Of a DNA stretch of 64,000 nt, positions 9,261-20,781 are shown in pieces. Source of the stretch: Paramoeba atlantica (Eukaryota; Protista; Discosea); NCBI GenBank assembly GCA_977017575.1, contig CDRNVI010000003.1, positions 744,001 through 808,000 of the forward strand, in the 5' to 3' direction. Within the stretch, counting starts at the first letter, position 1; every line of letters starts with the position of its first letter. The notes under the pieces were generated by a model. That model was given only the letters and a program-made list of their open reading frames with translations, had not been told where the DNA came from and did no database searches. The translations under genes and the position numbers were made by a program.

Positions 9261-9686
9261 CCAAATCCAAATCATTCCGGATTGCTCCGGATGGTCACTG
9301 GCAAGCCAGACCCTTCACAGACAGATTTGGAAGTTCCGAGGCCGACGTCCTCTACCAGTTTCCGCTTGTCCAAGGCGGCACCAACGTGCTGTTGCCAACA
9401 CGCTGCGTCGACGAACTGTACGTCAACACGGCTTACCCAAGAGGTGTAAGCCGGGTAAGGGAGCTGGTTCCCTGAGGGGAGGGTCCGGGACGGTCCTCCG
9501 AGTACTGGGCCTAGTCGGTTATCAGCCCAGCCTCTTAGAGTGAGGCCGCCGGGAATATTTCGATGAGCGGGTTTGAACTCGCCGTCTGAGCACCATGTGC
9601 TTCAAACTTTGAATTCTTGCCACTCCGCCACCCCCGCCCACTCCGCCACCCCCGCCACCTCCGCCCACTCCGCCACCTCCGCCCTA
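9261..9686 (-). mobile_element. tRNA-headed SINE, copy 1 (head tandemly duplicated)
   Basis: A box TGGCGGAGTGG, B box GAGTTCAAACC, (TTTGGA)n tail; 12-bp TSD GGCACGGC(T/C)CCT at 9249-9260 and 9687-9698. Confidence 0.8.
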
Positions 9687-10175
9687 GGCACGGCCCCTAG
9701 CAAGCGATAAGGGGGGGCTTTTCCTATGGAGGTAACATCTCCTCGGAGATATATTGCCTAAAAATCATCATCAAAAAAAAACTAGGCGTGATAACGGTCA
9801 CCCAGACATCGCAGCGTGAGAATGACACCGCCCGGTACCGGATATAACAAGGTACTAAGAAACTAGGGTGGGTGTCATTCAGCATAATCTTTGGTCATTT
9901 CTTGGAGGCATTTCTCCTGTGAAATCCTATGACAGGAAGCCACGGGCGAAACATCACCTTCCCCCCTTCTCTCGTGAGAGAAACTACCTCCAAAAATAAC
10001 TAGAACAGAACTTACAAGTAAATGAATAAATAAATAGATAAATAAATACGCTAACCTGGAAATGTCTATAAGTATTTCGTATTGGCGCTACCCCCCATTG
10101 TATGGGGGTAGTTCTAACTAAGCTTACGCGTCTTTGTAAGCTAAATCTTATAATTCTATATATTTAATATTTGAC

Positions 10176-12202
10176 CTACGATAGTGCTTTGCTCATTTGA
10201 GAACACAGCACAGTGCCGTTTAACTCCTGGAGGTGCATTATGAAATCTTGCACAACGATATCGCGATCACGCCCGCTAGCATCGGCCAGAGATTTCAGGA
10301 GAGCCAGGCCACTTTTGTTCATTGCTCCTCCGGCGAGTATTGATACGCATGTAAATTTTTCATGAGGTATTAGATCCGAGTTAACATACGTGTCGACTTT
10401 GCGTTTTTCGGCTTCCTGCATTAGCTGATTGCTCCGTTTACCGAGATTCGTCTTGGATATTTCATTTATGATAGTGAGGTCATAGAATATCTCACCGGAC
10501 GCCCAGTAAATTGCTAAGTCTGGTCCGCTGCGATGGAATGATGCGGTTCCACACTTTTTCTGATGTTCATGTTTGCGCTGTTCATTCACCGATTCATTAC
10601 ATTTCAGGCATCGATAAGTGGTGAATTGTCTCGGTTCCCGCTCGCATGGGACTCCGGTCTGAAGACAGAGGTCGTAAATATGACGAACGAGAGCATGATG
10701 TCGCGTTGTCGCATTTGCGCCTGTGCATTTAACGCAACCGAGCAAGTGTGCTAGAAAGTGTTTTGATTCGAGAATCATTTTGCATCCAGGGCATATGATT
10801 TTGTCCGGCATACTCTTGTGCGCAAGACCAAGTCGTGCCATCACCATTAGAGAGAATTGAGATGATGGAATATATCTCGTTTTTCCTTGCAACCAATCGT
10901 GATTACCCTTTTCACTGCACGCCTTTACCAAAGGTGCCAACTCCTCGTTTTTCTTTGTCAGCTCTTGATACGTCTTCTGATTGAGCACAGCCTCCGTTGC
11001 GGGGCCATCATTTACTGATTCGCTGTCCTGCGCTATACCTTCGTCGCACGTTAATCGAGCTGATTTTGGTTTACATTGCTCAAGAGAAACGCGTTTAGAA
11101 GAGTTGTACGCGGACGTACGAGAGTCAGTAGATGATGGCAGGCCGAGCCCACCTTTCTTCAGCGGCAACCGGCACCAAGCGATGTGTTTATCTGTCATTT
11201 TGCCAAGCCATGTGTTCAACACCGCTTCAACATCGCTGTCGAATTTTTTGCATAGTTTTTCCGATGCTATTGGTGTGTGTACCCGGGTGTGGTACCTATG
11301 TCTAATGTTTACGCTTTTCGATAGTAGAAGTAGTGATATGTTGTTTAAACCCATGCGCTTGAGACGTCGGAATATGGCTTCGTGCTTTTCAAGCTTCTGT
11401 GTCAGACATTCACTGACTACTTCGTCGTTGCCTATGTATGCACCTAGGGTCTTTGTCGCTGAATGCTTGATTTTCACTCCTTCTGCTTCAAGTTCTGCTG
11501 GGATTGGTATATCATGCTTTCCGCCAAACCACACGCATTTGTGTTTGGCCATTTTGACTCGTTTCTCCGCTAGGAGGCCGTGTAGACGACTGAATGCATC
11601 AGCTAACGCTTGTTGGTCCTCAGATGCTAGGTTTATGTCGTCGATGAATGCGAAGATTTTTACTTGTGGAAATTCCATTGCCAGGGTTTCTATGATAGGC
11701 TGCATAAATGCGCAAAAGTACAAGGTAGATAACGGAGATCCTTGTCGTACTCCAGCTGAGCTATATATCGTCTCGTAATGCTCACCGTTTTTTCCGTAAT
11801 ATAAAAGCTCAGAGGCCTCCGAATATTCCGCGTGAAAGAATCTACGAAAAGGGCGCAATGTGCATAGGCCGAAAACGACTTTTGCGATGTCGCTACGCAT
11901 AGGCGAGTTAAAGGCATTAGCGAGATCGATTGATAGAATGGCTTTGCCTTCTTGATAATGGCCATGAAGACGGTGCACTACTTTTTCGCATCCAGACTGT
12001 ACAGATACTCCAAATTGTAACGGGGCGAAGAGTTTTTCGAGTGTATGTTCGTGCCGTGCTACTAATACGATTCCCGCCAGTTTCAGGAAGACTTCGCCTA
12101 CGCAGATTGGTCTGACGCCTTTGTCTGCCTTTGGTAACGCTACCAAGCGTGCTCGTTTCAGACGATTCATTACTTGTTTTGACAGAAGTCCATTTATCAG
12201 AT
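10176..12202 (-). CDS. CRE-B ORF C-terminal part: RT, Zn knuckle, restriction-like endonuclease
   Basis: IDLANAFNS, GVRQGSPLS, FIDD, LPLKKGGLGL, CPGC..H..C, GPDLAI..FYDLT. Confidence 0.88.
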
Positions 12203-13621
12203 GGCCAGGGGGGGCATTCGATGAAAATTCATCGAACGCACGGTGCGTTCGATGAATATTCATTGAACGGCGTCCCGTTCGATGACCAGGCGTCCCGTTC
12301 GATGAATATTCATCGAACGGGCAGTGCGTTCGATGAATCATTCATCCAACGGCACTGCTGCACGAATTTTTCGTCTCGATTTTTTTTGGGGGGAATTTGA
12401 ACATTACCATCTCGTTTACATGTCTGGAGGCAAGGCCCAACTGTCAGCGAAGCCCAAGTGTGCAAGCAAGGCCCCCGTCTGCGAGCAAGGCCCAACTGTG
12501 AGCGTAGCCCGCTTCTGGAGGCAAAAGCCCCCCTTTGCGAGCAAGGCCCAACTGTGAGCGTAGCCCTGGGACATAATTATATTTTTTGGCGACCCGCGCG
12601 CTCCATGCGGAGGTGGTGGATATTAGCACGGCGGGCGGATGAGTTGGCATCACGGCCTTCTTTTTCCATCGGGCACGAGGGAGCGGCAAAATCTCAGGAG
12701 CTACTCCTGATTCTTTTGCTTTGGAGCGTGTGAACACTCCCATGAAAGGTAAAAAAAGTAAATAATCAACAAGGTACAGAAACTGTATCTTTATCGTTAA
12801 AGATTATTGTAAGTGTGCTTCTCTCTAGATTCGTGGGAAGCAATTTGCGAAGCCCAGCTACCTTGATAACAAATTTTAGTACCCATTTTGGCCGCGCGGG
12901 GGCCCCCGCGTGAGCGGGGGTGCGCGCGGCCGCGAAACGGCGAGGGCCCGCGTGAGCGGGCCTGAGCCGTACCCCGCGTAGGATTCCCCTGTGCGTCGTT
13001 AGTGGGAAGCAATTTGCGAAGCTCACTGAATTTCGTAGTTTTCGCTACGCAGGCGTTGTCAACGTATATAGTGAAGTGTAGGATACTGAACGCACGGAAA
13101 ATGAAAATCAAAAAAAATTCTTGGGTGTTCCACAAAAGTCCTTGACATATGCAAAAGTCGTTGACTTGCACCGTAAATTTCCGTTCGTTGAGTACTCAAC
13201 GAAAATCCGGCAGTTCGTTGAGTACAACGAACGTACCCCCAACCCAATATTTTTTGGGTCGCGCACTGAGGACCTGTGTCTGCCACTTCCGCAGGTTTGT
13301 GTATTTGTAAGTTATGATTTCATCTTTGTAAACTTATGAGGCAATAGTTTTAAGAATCCTTCCGCTTTTTGATAACGTTTCGGATTTGTTTTTGTCTTAC
13401 GGATCAAGGTAGCAGCCAGGAGCATGATGCAGACCGAAACGAGCTTTTTTTTCACAAAAAAAAATGCGTTTTCATTCATCGAACAGGATGTCCTGTTCGA
13501 TGAATGATTCATCGAACGGGTCGTACTGCAATCCATTCATCGAACAGGATGTCCTGTTCGATGAATATTCATCGAACGCACTGTCCGTTCGATGAATATT
13601 CATCGAGTGCCCCCCCTCCCC
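12203..13621. mobile_element. Non-autonomous DNA transposon (1419 bp), GG-initiated TIRs, 8-bp TSD; Merlin-like
   Basis: TIR GG(cc/gg)AGGGGGGGCA(t/c)TCGATGAA; TSD TATCAGAT at 12195-12202 and 13622-13629; subterminal palindromes TTCGATGAATATTCATCGAA. Confidence 0.85.
12767..12802 (-). other. SL exon relic (nt 3-38) joined to the leader of a short MGVFTRSK.. ORF
   Basis: Exact match to the SL exon, followed by ATTATTT rather than GT. Confidence 0.9.
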
Positions 13622-15745
13622 TATCAGATCCCCAAACATATAACACATGGAGACGCAACAAATTTCGTCGTCCAAGAGGAGCCGAATTATTGTGTCAGTG
13701 GTTCCCGTAGGTCCTGGTGCCGATCCTTTGGCAAGACGCCGACCTGCGTCCCTGAGTTCTTCGGTGGAAATGATGGCTATCTCAGGAGAGTCATCCGGGA
13801 GCTCAAAGTTTTCATGATTCCGCGGATGCAGGTCCCGTAGTTTGGCGCATACATCGTCGTCTGTTAGTTCCTGTGGTCGCACTTCCTGATCTAGCACTTT
13901 TGTTGCCTTAGAGACACACCCTTCTAGGGCCAGGCGGGTCGCTTTTTTTATGGTGCGTGCTTCTGTTTTGCTCAGTTCCTCCGCATCTCCAGCGTTTTCG
14001 TCATCCGGGATCGGCCGTTTTCTTCTTCGCCGAATCGACGCGGTTCTCACTACTGTTAACGAGTGCTTCATTGCGGATAGGACCCTATTCCAAATGTCGT
14101 TTCTGTCATCATACGAGTTGGTGGCGTAATTCCGCATAATGTCCCGGTAAATGGCTACGACACATGGTGCGAAATCGGCATGAATCGCTCGGAGCTTCGG
14201 CATCGGCGCTAAATCCAAATCTTCTTCAGTGTGTTGTGTGACGGGTGGGCTAGCAACCGGTATTGAGTTCATATGTTTATCCATAGCGGACTGTTTTTTA
14301 AGCCACTGAATCTTATATATTCGAACATTCGCATGCGGGGGAAGAAAACCTTTGAAGGTGTTGTCGACCTTGTGACCTTGAACTCCGATATACTCCATAG
14401 ACAGCTTCGTTCTTACATTCCTGCGATTTATTGTAGCTACGGTACCTTTTGAAACACTCAACGTGGTTTGGCAATCAAAGCCCCAGGTCAGAAAACATAC
14501 ATCACCAGTTTTGGCATTGCCAATGGCATTGGAAATTCCTTCCGACGTCATTGGGAAGTTGTGTCGTGGGTCCATCGCGCTCGGGACTTCAGAATCGGGC
14601 TTCCTACTTACTCCGGTTTCGCTGGATAGATTTTCGGAGTCGGGATCGATCGGGTGTGGGGAGTGGCATTCATGAAAAACATGGGACGTATTAGGAGATT
14701 CGGTTTCGCTTTCGATGTCCTGTGGGATCGCGTGGGTATCAACTGGTAGCGGCGATGGGAGCCGATTTTCTTCTGCCGCGTTTTGCGCATGACCGGTAGT
14801 TTGTGGCGTCGCATTAACGTCTGCAGTTTCCGCGAAGATGTCAAAGGCGCGTACGTCGTGTACATAACCTTCCCCATTGTAGGTGTAGCCTCTACTCATC
14901 ATTTTCGTGTGAAATGCTTTGCGCTCGTGTGTCCAAGGAGATTCTCTTTGTGACTGAAGTGTTTCCGCAGGCTCGTTTCCGGTGTTGAAAACTGCTCCGA
15001 TGGCTTGTGCGGCGACAGCGCACGTCTTCTTAATTCGGATACGCCATTTTCCTGTTTCTTTTGGCTCTCCTGACGACAGCTCCGCGGGTGGTTGTTGCTC
15101 TGCGGACGGCAGCTGGGTCTCTTTGTTCGCAGGTGTTAGCGTTCGGTCTGTTCTATGTGTTATCTGTGGCGTGGGCGCCGACTGTGTAGGTTCCGATTGT
15201 GGACGTGGAGGTTCCGTTTGTGGAGATGACGGTTCTCGCTGATCTCGCGCTGGCCCTGGGGAAGGAATGAGCGGTAGACGGGGTGGTGATGGCGATTTCG
15301 GCGCTTCGGAATCGGCCGAGGACATCTGCAGAGCTCTCGTTCGCGCTTTACGCGAGAATGCGTGCATGCTGGGACGTGGGGCGGGTGGAGACGAGGACAG
15401 CACACCCGACGGAGGCGAAGTCGGTCCACATCGTGGAGGTGAAGGGTGCGAAGGAGATTGCACGTGGGGCGCAAATGGCAACTGTTGCGGAGGTGGTGGT
15501 GGCGGTGGCAGGGGCGATGGTGGTGGCGGCGATGGGGGCGGCGGTGAGGGCGGCGATGGGGGAGGCGGTGAGGGCGGCGATGGGGGCGGCGGTGAGGGCG
15601 GCGATGGGGGCGGCGGTGAGGGCGGCGATGGGGGCGGCGGTGAGGGCGGCGATGGGGGCGGCGGTGGCGGGTCCTTTGGGAGCTTCTTGCGGCGCGTGGG
15701 GGGAAGCGATTGAACAACGGGAGCTACCCCCGTATTCTTTTATTC
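13622..15745 (-). CDS. CRE-B ORF N-terminal part (Pro-rich leader and pre-RT region); no in-frame ATG at the start
   Basis: The frame is open from a TAA near 15747 through the Pro repeats to GSAPGPTG..DLI. Homologous to 34040-35212 and 40756+. Confidence 0.7.
15490..15670. repeat. 27-bp GC-rich tandem repeat encoding PPSPPPPSP in the CRE-B frame
   Basis: (GGCGGCGATGGGGGCGGCGGTGAGGGC)n, about 6 copies. Confidence 0.8.
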
Positions 15746-16715
15746 CTATCTTTGGAGTGTGTTGTGTTTTTCACTTCAAAAGAAGTGTTTTTTTTTTCAT
15801 AAAGAATCTTTTCTTGTAGTATATAAAAGGGGTTAAAAAAGATAAGCTGGCTGCTCGCGCTCGATCTGGTCAAATCTTCGGATTTGACTTGCGTGCTGCG
15901 TGGCACAGCTCCTAGCAAGCGATAAGGTGGGGCTTGTCCTAGGGAGGTAACATCTCCTCGGAGATATATTGCCTTTTTTCAATCAATTCAATCAAACTAG
16001 GCGTGATGCGTAGGGCCGTGTCAACAGTGACGCGGCTAAAAAACATTAAGGCGCTAACCGCAGAGCAAAGGAAACCTTTACTCATCTCTACCTCACATTG
16101 GGGAACCTTGCTTCCGAAAAAACAAGGCGTGAGAATAAAGAGCAGTTAACCGATTAACATCCATAACCTTCCAAAATTATAGGGACAACCTCCAAACCCC
16201 AGGACCCCGTCCGCTTTTTTTTTTTTTTATTAAGACAACGTTTTTGATGATTCTATGTAAAAAGTTTTTTTTTTTTTTTTAAATTATTTATGATTCTGAT
16301 AACAATAATAATAAAAAAGGAAGCAATCCACGCCCAATCCATCCGCGTGTTCCGGACCGGGTCTTTCGACCACTCCACGGCCTGACTTGTGAACCCTTCC
16401 CTTGCTATACGGGAGGGCGCAGGCGCGGGCCTGTGTCGACAGCGAAACGGTCGCGAAACAGGATGCTGGCCGACGGGGAGGAGATTCACTACCCGTGTAC
16501 TACCTCACTTGGGGTACCTAGCCCTGACGGACTAGGCGTGAGCATAGACTCTGTCGACCCGACCAGCACCCGTACCGGGGGTTTCCCACGAAAGTCACCT
16601 GGCCATACCCCTGGCCATACACAACGAGAGCCGGGTCGGCGTTTGCCGCGGGAAAACGTTGTATAGCGGCCAGATTTCGCAGGCGAGGAAGTCGTTGGGT
16701 GTGGCGAGTGATCCA

Positions 16716-17089
16716 CTACTCCTCGTTCCCATAGCCTAGGAGCGCTGAATCAGGACCCACAGCAGGCCGGCGTAGGACGAGCATGCGGGCTTGGGATCTC
16801 ATGAGGGTTACATTTAGGGATGTAAGCAACCGGTGTAGAGCATCCCCTTTCGGTAAAATATCCCCGGAATTGGCATTGGATGCCCTACCTGCAGCAACCA
16901 CCCTAAGGATCGACATTGCGCTAGGGCTCCACGAGCCAAACGATTCTACCACCATGGCGGTAAACTTCATTCGCGCCGCTTCAGCCTCTTCTCGTTGTTT
17001 AGCCTTGTTGGCGGTCGCGTATTGCTCCGCAAACGACCCCGCCGTCACCCAGTTAGCGTCACGGACTGTGTCCGTATATTTTTGTTGCT
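16716..17089 (-). CDS. CRE-A REL endonuclease C-terminus
   Basis: FTAMVVESFGSWS..LNVTLMRSQARM, matching 45930-46307. Confidence 0.85.
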
Positions 17090-17955
17090 GAAATCCACGC
17101 CGAGGGGCTCCCTGGAAACATATACACTGATAACATATATGAATAAATGAACAACTATGAAATCCACACCGAGGGGCCGCACAGGACATAAAAGAAAATA
17201 ACTATAAAGATGAAATAATAATTTATTTTCACATGAGTTCACCTATTCATATCATATACATGAAAAGCAAATTGAAACGTATGTAGCTTCTACATCATCT
17301 TGACAAAATAGGCTTTTCAAAACAAACAATATAAATTTATAATATATCACTATGTTAGCGGGTTGCACCCGCCAAACCCGGCGGCTATAGGATGGGGGTT
17401 TGGTGGGTGGGACAAAAAACGCGTAAAGGAAAAGGATTCTACAAGTAAGTAATCAGTAAATATGTAAATTTTCAGAATACATATTGTAGCTTTTATACAT
17501 GATTCAATTACAACCCCCTTTCGGGGAAAAGAACAATGAAAATTATAACCCCCTTCCGGGGCATTTGACCCGATATTAGCCCCTCGGTTAAATTTCCATG
17601 CGTAGACTTCTAGAAATCCACACCGAGGGGCCGCACAGGACATAAAAGAAAATAACTATAAAGATGAAATAATAATTTATTTTCACATGAGTTCACCTAT
17701 TCATATCATATACATGAAAAGCAAATTGAAACTTATGTAGCTTCTACATCATCTTGACAAAATAGGCCTTTCAAAACAAACAATATAAATTTATAATATA
17801 TCACTATGTTAGCGGGTTGCACCCGCCAAACCCGGCGGCTACCTGCCCACACACACGTCACAATATTTTCCCGAACACACAGTAATTTTTTTTTTCTCGA
17901 AAAGAACTAGGGAAGGATAACACAATAATAGATGACCGGTCTATTATCGTGCCCT

Positions 17956-20781
17956 TTACATCACACACTTTTCAATCTGTTTAATGTCAACTTCTTTACC
18001 CCGACTTATATGATCGGCCGGATTGTTCAACGTAGACACATATCTCGCCTCGACACAAATCCCATGTTTCTCAGTGTCTCGTATTATTTCTTTCAATTCC
18101 TTTGACACTCCTTCTGACTTCGATAATCTCCTGTTCAACGCTGCCTTACAGGAGGTGTTATCCACGAAGATATCCAAGCACGTTCCTTTGGGGGAGTGCA
18201 TAGCAAACTTTTTAATAGCTAAGCGGACCGCCATCGCTTCGGCCCGATTCACTTCATACTTAAAATTTTTCGGCCATGCCTCACCAGTAATTAATACCTC
18301 CCCAGAATCAAGGTAAATGATGGCCCCCCATCCCTTCGCAGAAGCATCCGTGTATAACTTGTGGTGGTGAGGAACGGTGTCAGGATGAGGAGGCGGGGGT
18401 CGGGGAAGATTGCATATCAATTCATTTCGCCATTCGGTAAGTGTAGAACGAGTAACTACCGGAAGATCAACTGGCTTGTCGATCAAATACGGACAGCGAT
18501 TTAATAAGTTGATCCTACGCTGCGCGACTTTCATCGCGAAATAAAAGCGTGGCATATTGAGCCGCAAGACTGCAGATCCATACAGAAGACGCCCCACCGC
18601 CGCCTCAAGATCACCAAAAGACAATTTATGAAATTTGTCTTTTTGCAGTTTACTGACCACTCTCAGTCCCAGGCAGACCGTATGAGTGTCGTGGTCGAAA
18701 GCCACCCCATTGAAAACATACTTCAAAGCAGGGGGCTGTCCGGCGTCTTTAAAGAGGCCGTTTGCTTTGGAACACCGCTCGTCAATAAAGCGATCGTATT
18801 CGACGGCATCGTTCGCTGTCCCCGAAAAACGAACTCCGTCGACGTAAACGTCAGTGGCACCTCTGTGAAACGAGAAACGCTCCTGACACACCGACCTCTC
18901 GCCGGCAATTGCGGCGGTAACAGTGTGCATGATTTCTGGTGCGCAGCGATGACCCATGGGAAGAACGTTCATCTCGAAAACTTCGCCCAATGTCGATCGA
19001 AATCTAAACTTGGGCCGTGCCTTCAAGGGAATACTAATTTGGTAAAAACCACAAGTGAAGTCGCGCTTCACTGCCATAGCATCATGTGCTTTGTGTAGAT
19101 ATTTGGATGGGTGATACAGCGCAACTTCCGGTTCATAATTTAAAAGCCTGTTGTTGTCATCTCGTGTCCAGGATATAAACCTGCGGCGTTGATTACCTTC
19201 ATCGTCGGTTTCAACCACTGTAAAGGGGATCATATATTGCATGGATGGTCTTTTGAGTAGGTCCTTCCCCGAAACCTTGCTTATAACGCCGGCGTCCTCA
19301 AGTAGACGTATGCCTTCCTCGGGCAAAGAATCACGTACCGAAGGCTCGGGGTACGGGCCTGTAGGAACCCATAAAAGTTCATTTAGTACCTTGCGAAAAC
19401 GTGTGGCTGCCGCAGGATTTAACCATTCCTTCACTTTGTCCAATTTAATCACCGGGATTGACTTTTTCACATGGAGGGGTAGACTCATATCCTTCGGTAT
19501 AGCGAGCCGCGAGCTACGGCGGGCACATATAACGGAGTGCCTACGGAGATAGGGGACTTCGTGAAAACACTTTGTAACATGAGAGGTTGTTAAAGTACCG
19601 GAAGGAGTGCAGACACTCGTTGTGTCCCGAGGGCCCGTGCCGTTGTAACGCTGCTTGCATTGTATCTGAGCAGTGATTCTATGTTCTGGTGTTTTGTTAG
19701 GTTTTGAACCTCCTGCATGCGGAAATTTCCGAGAGAGATTTCGTGAAACAGAAGTGTGATTGCCCCCCTTTTGATAGAGTGCGTCCCGTACCCCTGACCG
19801 AGTATTGATCGTATTTGATGGTCCATCTCGCGGACTGTCGTGTAACAGAGTCGTTGCCCGGGGTTCATGCTTTGGATATGCTGCGCGAGTTCTGGCGTTC
19901 CTGGCCCAGTTACAATGGCGTAAAGGTGTGGTCGAAAAGGGTTTAGGCGTGTGGTCTTTGTCCCCCTCCCCCAATAAATTATCACTTCGCAGCTTGTTAC
20001 ACTCACGAACTGTTCTCTTCTTAAATCCGCGGTCTCGGTCCAACGCGCCGCTGCCTTCCAGCATAGGAGGCAACACATGCTCTCCTTCGGATTCAAGTGT
20101 CGGCGTAGCTTTTGTAGAAGAATGGGGTTGACGGGCTGCATTTGGCGCGTGGGCTCTAGCCCCCCCTGTGCTTGCAGGGCCTTTATATATAGTTTTAAGG
20201 GAGTCGACTCTTCCCCCATTAACTGAAATAAAGTTCGCAAGCCTCCTGCGTAACCCATTCTCGTCGAGCTGGCTAGAGGCAGCGAATGTAGGAAGAGAAC
20301 CGCGTTTGTGGAATTTGAAGGAACACCCTTTGCCGCGCAGTACTGCTGCATACGTAGCCAAATTCGCTCCCTGTTGGCCCATGTGGTCGTGGCCCACATC
20401 GGTTCGAGAGCGTCGCTCAGTTGTAGTGTGCGTGGGTCGTTCGGAGGAAGGCGAAGGATGGCTTGGAGAATGGCGTTGCGGTCTGCGGCGGGTTTTTCTC
20501 CTGCGGACTGGTTTAGTGCGCGTATGGGAAGGGACCGACTTCGCGGAGGACGAGTGGAAACAACATGAGGAAGGGGAGGATTGGAAGAAAGAGGGGGTCG
20601 AGGACGCCTCACCGGAGAGTCCCGTCGGGGTAAGCGCGTTTGTAAGGTTGGAGCGGTAGGAGCCCTTTGCCGCCTGAGGCAAGGGGCACGAGTAATAGGG
20701 GTGGGGGGCATTCCCTAGTGGGAACCCCGTGTTGCGCCGGCGTAACGGACGGCGCCGCCCGCCACCCCTCCGCGAAAATCC
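17956..20781 (-). CDS. Pol: RT + RNase H of YR-C
   Basis: KRDFTCGFYQ, LPMGHRCAP, YVDG, YTDAS.KGWG, FVDN, NPAD. Confidence 0.9.
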   Translation of the reverse strand, partial: GFSRRGGGRRRPLRRRNTGFPLGNAPHPYYSCPLPQAAKGSYRSNLTNALTPTGLSGEASSTPSFFQSSPSSCCFHSSSAKSVPSHTRTKPVRRRKTRRRPQRHSPSHPSPSSERPTHTTTERRSRTDVGHDHMGQQGANLATYAAVLRGKGCSFKFHKRGSLPTFAASSQLDENGLRRRLANFISVNGGRVDSLKTIYKGPASTGGARAHAPNAARQPHSSTKATPTLESEGEHVLPPMLEGSGALDRDRGFKKRTVRECNKLRSDNLLGEGDKDHTPKPFSTTPLRHCNWARNARTRAAYPKHEPRATTLLHDSPRDGPSNTINTRSGVRDALYQKGGNHTSVSRNLSRKFPHAGGSKPNKTPEHRITAQIQCKQRYNGTGPRDTTSVCTPSGTLTTSHVTKCFHEVPYLRRHSVICARRSSRLAIPKDMSLPLHVKKSIPVIKLDKVKEWLNPAAATRFRKVLNELLWVPTGPYPEPSVRDSLPEEGIRLLEDAGVISKVSGKDLLKRPSMQYMIPFTVVETDDEGNQRRRFISWTRDDNNRLLNYEPEVALYHPSKYLHKAHDAMAVKRDFTCGFYQISIPLKARPKFRFRSTLGEVFEMNVLPMGHRCAPEIMHTVTAAIAGERSVCQERFSFHRGATDVYVDGVRFSGTANDAVEYDRFIDERCSKANGLFKDAGQPPALKYVFNGVAFDHDTHTVCLGLRVVSKLQKDKFHKLSFGDLEAAVGRLLYGSAVLRLNMPRFYFAMKVAQRRINLLNRCPYLIDKPVDLPVVTRSTLTEWRNELICNLPRPPPPHPDTVPHHHKLYTDASAKGWGAIIYLDSGEVLITGEAWPKNFKYEVNRAEAMAVRLAIKKFAMHSPKGTCLDIFVDNTSCKAALNRRLSKSEGVSKELKEIIRDTEKHGICVEARYVSTLNNPADHISRGKEVDIKQIEKCVM
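19590..20711 (-). CDS. Tyrosine recombinase of YR-C
   Basis: ARWTE, HSIKRGA, LTKH, LLRYN. Confidence 0.92.
   Translation of the reverse strand: MPPTPITRAPCLRRQRAPTAPTLQTRLPRRDSPVRRPRPPLSSNPPLPHVVSTRPPRSRSLPIRALNQSAGEKPAADRNAILQAILRLPPNDPRTLQLSDALEPMWATTTWANRERIWLRMQQYCAAKGVPSNSTNAVLFLHSLPLASSTRMGYAGGLRTLFQLMGEESTPLKLYIKALQAQGGLEPTRQMQPVNPILLQKLRRHLNPKESMCCLLCWKAAARWTETADLRREQFVSVTSCEVIIYWGRGTKTTRLNPFRPHLYAIVTGPGTPELAQHIQSMNPGQRLCYTTVREMDHQIRSILGQGYGTHSIKRGAITLLFHEISLGNFRMQEVQNLTKHQNIESLLRYNASSVTTARALGTQRVSALLPVL

Larger units (their letters stand above)
9900..15990 (-). mobile_element. Near full-length CRE-like non-LTR retrotransposon (CRE-B), interrupted by a DNA transposon
   Basis: A single ORF is restored in frame after removing 12203-13621 plus one TSD (1427 bp). 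The 3' UTR is duplicated at 28380-28660. Confidence 0.85.

Noticed and set aside
10176-12341. N-terminal MIHRTH/MNIHRT and MSTHRK peptides of several track ORFs (also 54308-57397)
   Set aside because: These are translations of the palindromic DNA-transposon ends fused to the interrupted ORFs.
15160-15819. His/Arg-, Gly- and Ala-rich ORFs
   Set aside because: These are alternative frames of the 27-bp repeat; only the Pro frame is continuous with the CRE-B ORF.
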